7,134 nucleotides of DNA. It comes from Promethearchaeia archaeon. GTDB taxonomy: Archaea; Asgardarchaeota; Lokiarchaeia; Sigyniarchaeales; SOKP01. The DNA lies in the NCBI GenBank assembly GCA_046497275.1, contig JAWOFX010000066.1:1-7134 (forward strand), in the 5' to 3' direction. The notes under the pieces were generated by a model that did not search any database, was not told where the DNA came from, and saw only the letters and a program-made list of their open reading frames with translations. The translations under genes were made by a program, and so were the position numbers. Below, piece by piece: positions 5,407 to 7,134 of the stretch (positions within the stretch are counted from its first letter, which is position 1; every line of letters starts with the position of its first letter).

Positions 5407-6201
5407 ATGGTTGTAAAAGAATACGTATGTAAGGCTGGGAAAAAGAGTAAAGTGGTTATAGAAGATTTTTCGGTTGAAATTAAGAATGATGCGACTATAA
5501 TTTTAGGATTAGCCGGGATTGGTCTTATAGGCCCAATAATCGCAAATACTATGATTGAACAAATTGAAGATATTAAGGAAATTGGGTTTGTAACAAGTGA
5601 ATATCTCCCTCCTATCTCTGTATTTTATTCTGGTCAGCTAAAACATCCGTTTAGGATATACTACTCTTTAAAGTACAATTTAATAATTGCTATTTGCGAA
5701 GTACCATTTGAAATTCCATCCGCATATAATGATTTAGCAAAAACAATAAATAACTGGGCTTTAAATGAAGATGTGCAGGCAAAACAAGTAGTGGTGTTTC
5801 AAGGAGTCCCTCAAAGAGGCATGATCGAGGAGTTTCCAGTATATTATGCCGCAGAAGAAGAACTAATGGAGTTTCTTGAAGAAAAAGGCGCAAAAATGTT
5901 TGAAAAAGGAATCATCATAGGACCAGAATCAACGATTTTAAATGAAGCATTGACGAATAAATTACAGGGATATGCATTATTTACTCCAGTTTATCAGATT
6001 CCTACTCCAGAAGGAGCAGCGTCTGTGATACAGTTATTAAATAAAATTTATAAAATGGATATTGACACTACTAAGTTGTTAGAAGAAGGCAAAGAAATCA
6101 AGGAAAAAATGTTGGATCTTGCTGAAAAAGCTCAGGAATTTCAGAGAAAACAGATAGCTGGAGAAGAATCTGCAGATTCTTATACCCAATATTATCGCTA
6201 A
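5407..6201 (+). CDS. PAC2-family proteasome assembly chaperone/activator, paralog 3; HbYX tail YYR
   Basis: 264 aa. GLAGIGLIGPII, HPFRIY and PTPEGAA motifs. About 59% identical to paralog 1 (hand count). Confidence 0.9.
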   Translation: MVVKEYVCKAGKKSKVVIEDFSVEIKNDATIILGLAGIGLIGPIIANTMIEQIEDIKEIGFVTSEYLPPISVFYSGQLKHPFRIYYSLKYNLIIAICEVPFEIPSAYNDLAKTINNWALNEDVQAKQVVVFQGVPQRGMIEEFPVYYAAEEELMEFLEEKGAKMFEKGIIIGPESTILNEALTNKLQGYALFTPVYQIPTPEGAASVIQLLNKIYKMDIDTTKLLEEGKEIKEKMLDLAEKAQEFQRKQIAGEESADSYTQYYR

Positions 6202-6225
6202 TATAATTATTTTCTTTTTCTATAA
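6202..6225 (+). terminator. Oligo-T terminator candidate after PAC2 paralog 3
   Basis: ATATAATTATTTTCTTTTTCTATAA directly follows the stop. Confidence 0.45.
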
Positions 6226-6374
6226 ATATTAAAAATAACAGACTTCTTCAGAAGATCGCATTTTAAAGGTTCTTTTATGAACATCATTACATAACTAACT
6301 CAATATTTTATAAAAATGAATTATTTATGGAATGTGCCTTTTTTGAAATCAGTATTTGGAAAATAATATTATGG

Positions 6375-6830
6375 TTGATTACTATCAAAGAAAAATTTAT
6401 TCCAGTCCAAATAGATCAAGAGTTATGTATGAAATGTGAGCGATGTGTTAACGCATGTCGTCAAGAAGCGATATATTTTGAAGATGGTATAAGATTAGTT
6501 GATTATTTTAAATGCAAAGGATGCTTGGCTTGTGTTCAGGTTTGTCCAAGGAATGCTATCGAAGTAACTTCAGTCACAAGTGAGAAAGTACTTACTATAA
6601 AAATTGAACATGAAAAATGTAATATGTGTTTGAGATGTATTAATGAAGATGGTACTTTTTGCCCAAATGATTTGTATTATCTTGGTAAAGTAAAGGATAA
6701 AGATGGAAAAGAAATAGATGGAATCCGATTCAAATTTTCTGAAGTTGATAAATGTCAAGGTTGCTTAAAATGCGAATTATCTTGCCCTCAAGATGCTATA
6801 AAAATTGTAAAATTTGAAAATCAGCCATAA
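6375..6830 (+). CDS. Polyferredoxin with four [4Fe-4S]-binding motifs
   Basis: 16 Cys in CMKCERCVNAC, CKGCLACVQVCP, CNMCLRC-x7-CP and CQGCLKCELSCP. The start is uncertain: the track's ATG at 6327 adds a non-homologous-looking 16 aa, so in-frame TTG 6375 is preferred. Confidence 0.85.
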   Translation: MITIKEKFIPVQIDQELCMKCERCVNACRQEAIYFEDGIRLVDYFKCKGCLACVQVCPRNAIEVTSVTSEKVLTIKIEHEKCNMCLRCINEDGTFCPNDLYYLGKVKDKDGKEIDGIRFKFSEVDKCQGCLKCELSCPQDAIKIVKFENQP

Positions 6831-6840
6831 AAACAATATC

Positions 6841-6866
6841 TTTTGATACTTCTCAAAATTCTTTTT
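6841..6866 (+). terminator. Short hairpin (TTTTGA-tacttc-TCAAAA) plus T-tract after the ferredoxin
   Basis: 6-bp stem with a 6-nt loop, followed by TTCTTTTT. Confidence 0.35.
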
Positions 6867-6930
6867 CTACCTATTATACGGCACAAAACAATATTTCATT
6901 TTTTAGAATAGAATCATTTATTATGTGTTG

Positions 6931-7134
<204 letters not shown>

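Noticed and set aside
3531-6201. PAC2 triplet as an assembly-collapse or duplication artefact
   Set aside because: The copies differ by about 30-40% at the protein level and have distinct spacers.
6245-6315. Short palindromes TCTTC-A-GAAGA (6245-6255) and TTTTATAAAA (6306-6315)
   Set aside because: Short and/or AT-only, so expected by chance.
4396-6758. Minus-strand ORFs 4396-4608, 5690-5893 and 6570-6758
   Set aside because: Antisense shadows of the PAC2 and ferredoxin genes.
6830-6894. 10-bp direct repeat AAAACAATAT (6830, 6885) as a TSD or CRISPR-like repeat
   Set aside because: Only two AT-rich copies, with no transposase, TIRs or array periodicity.

Overview
AT-rich archaeal window, most likely from an Asgard archaeon (Lokiarchaeia/Promethearchaeia). 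This assignment rests on my recollection of the 16S 3' end and has not been confirmed by a search. The minus strand carries a four-gene operon: smsC/sufC ATPase, smsB/sufBD scaffold, a CxxC PRX-like2/SelU-type redoxin and an atypical winged-helix protein. Divergently on the plus strand lie three tandem PAC2-family (PbaA/B-like) proteasome chaperone/activator genes, about 59-71% identical by hand alignment. All three end in intact but different HbYX proteasome-docking motifs (LYR, YYQ, YYR), and each appears to have its own promoter and terminator. A four-cluster [4Fe-4S] polyferredoxin follows, converging on the 3' end of a 16S rRNA gene that has no tRNA or 23S gene downstream. The strongest candidates for novelty are the diversified HbYX PAC2 triplet and an SmsC whose Fe-S-binding cysteine pattern appears rearranged.
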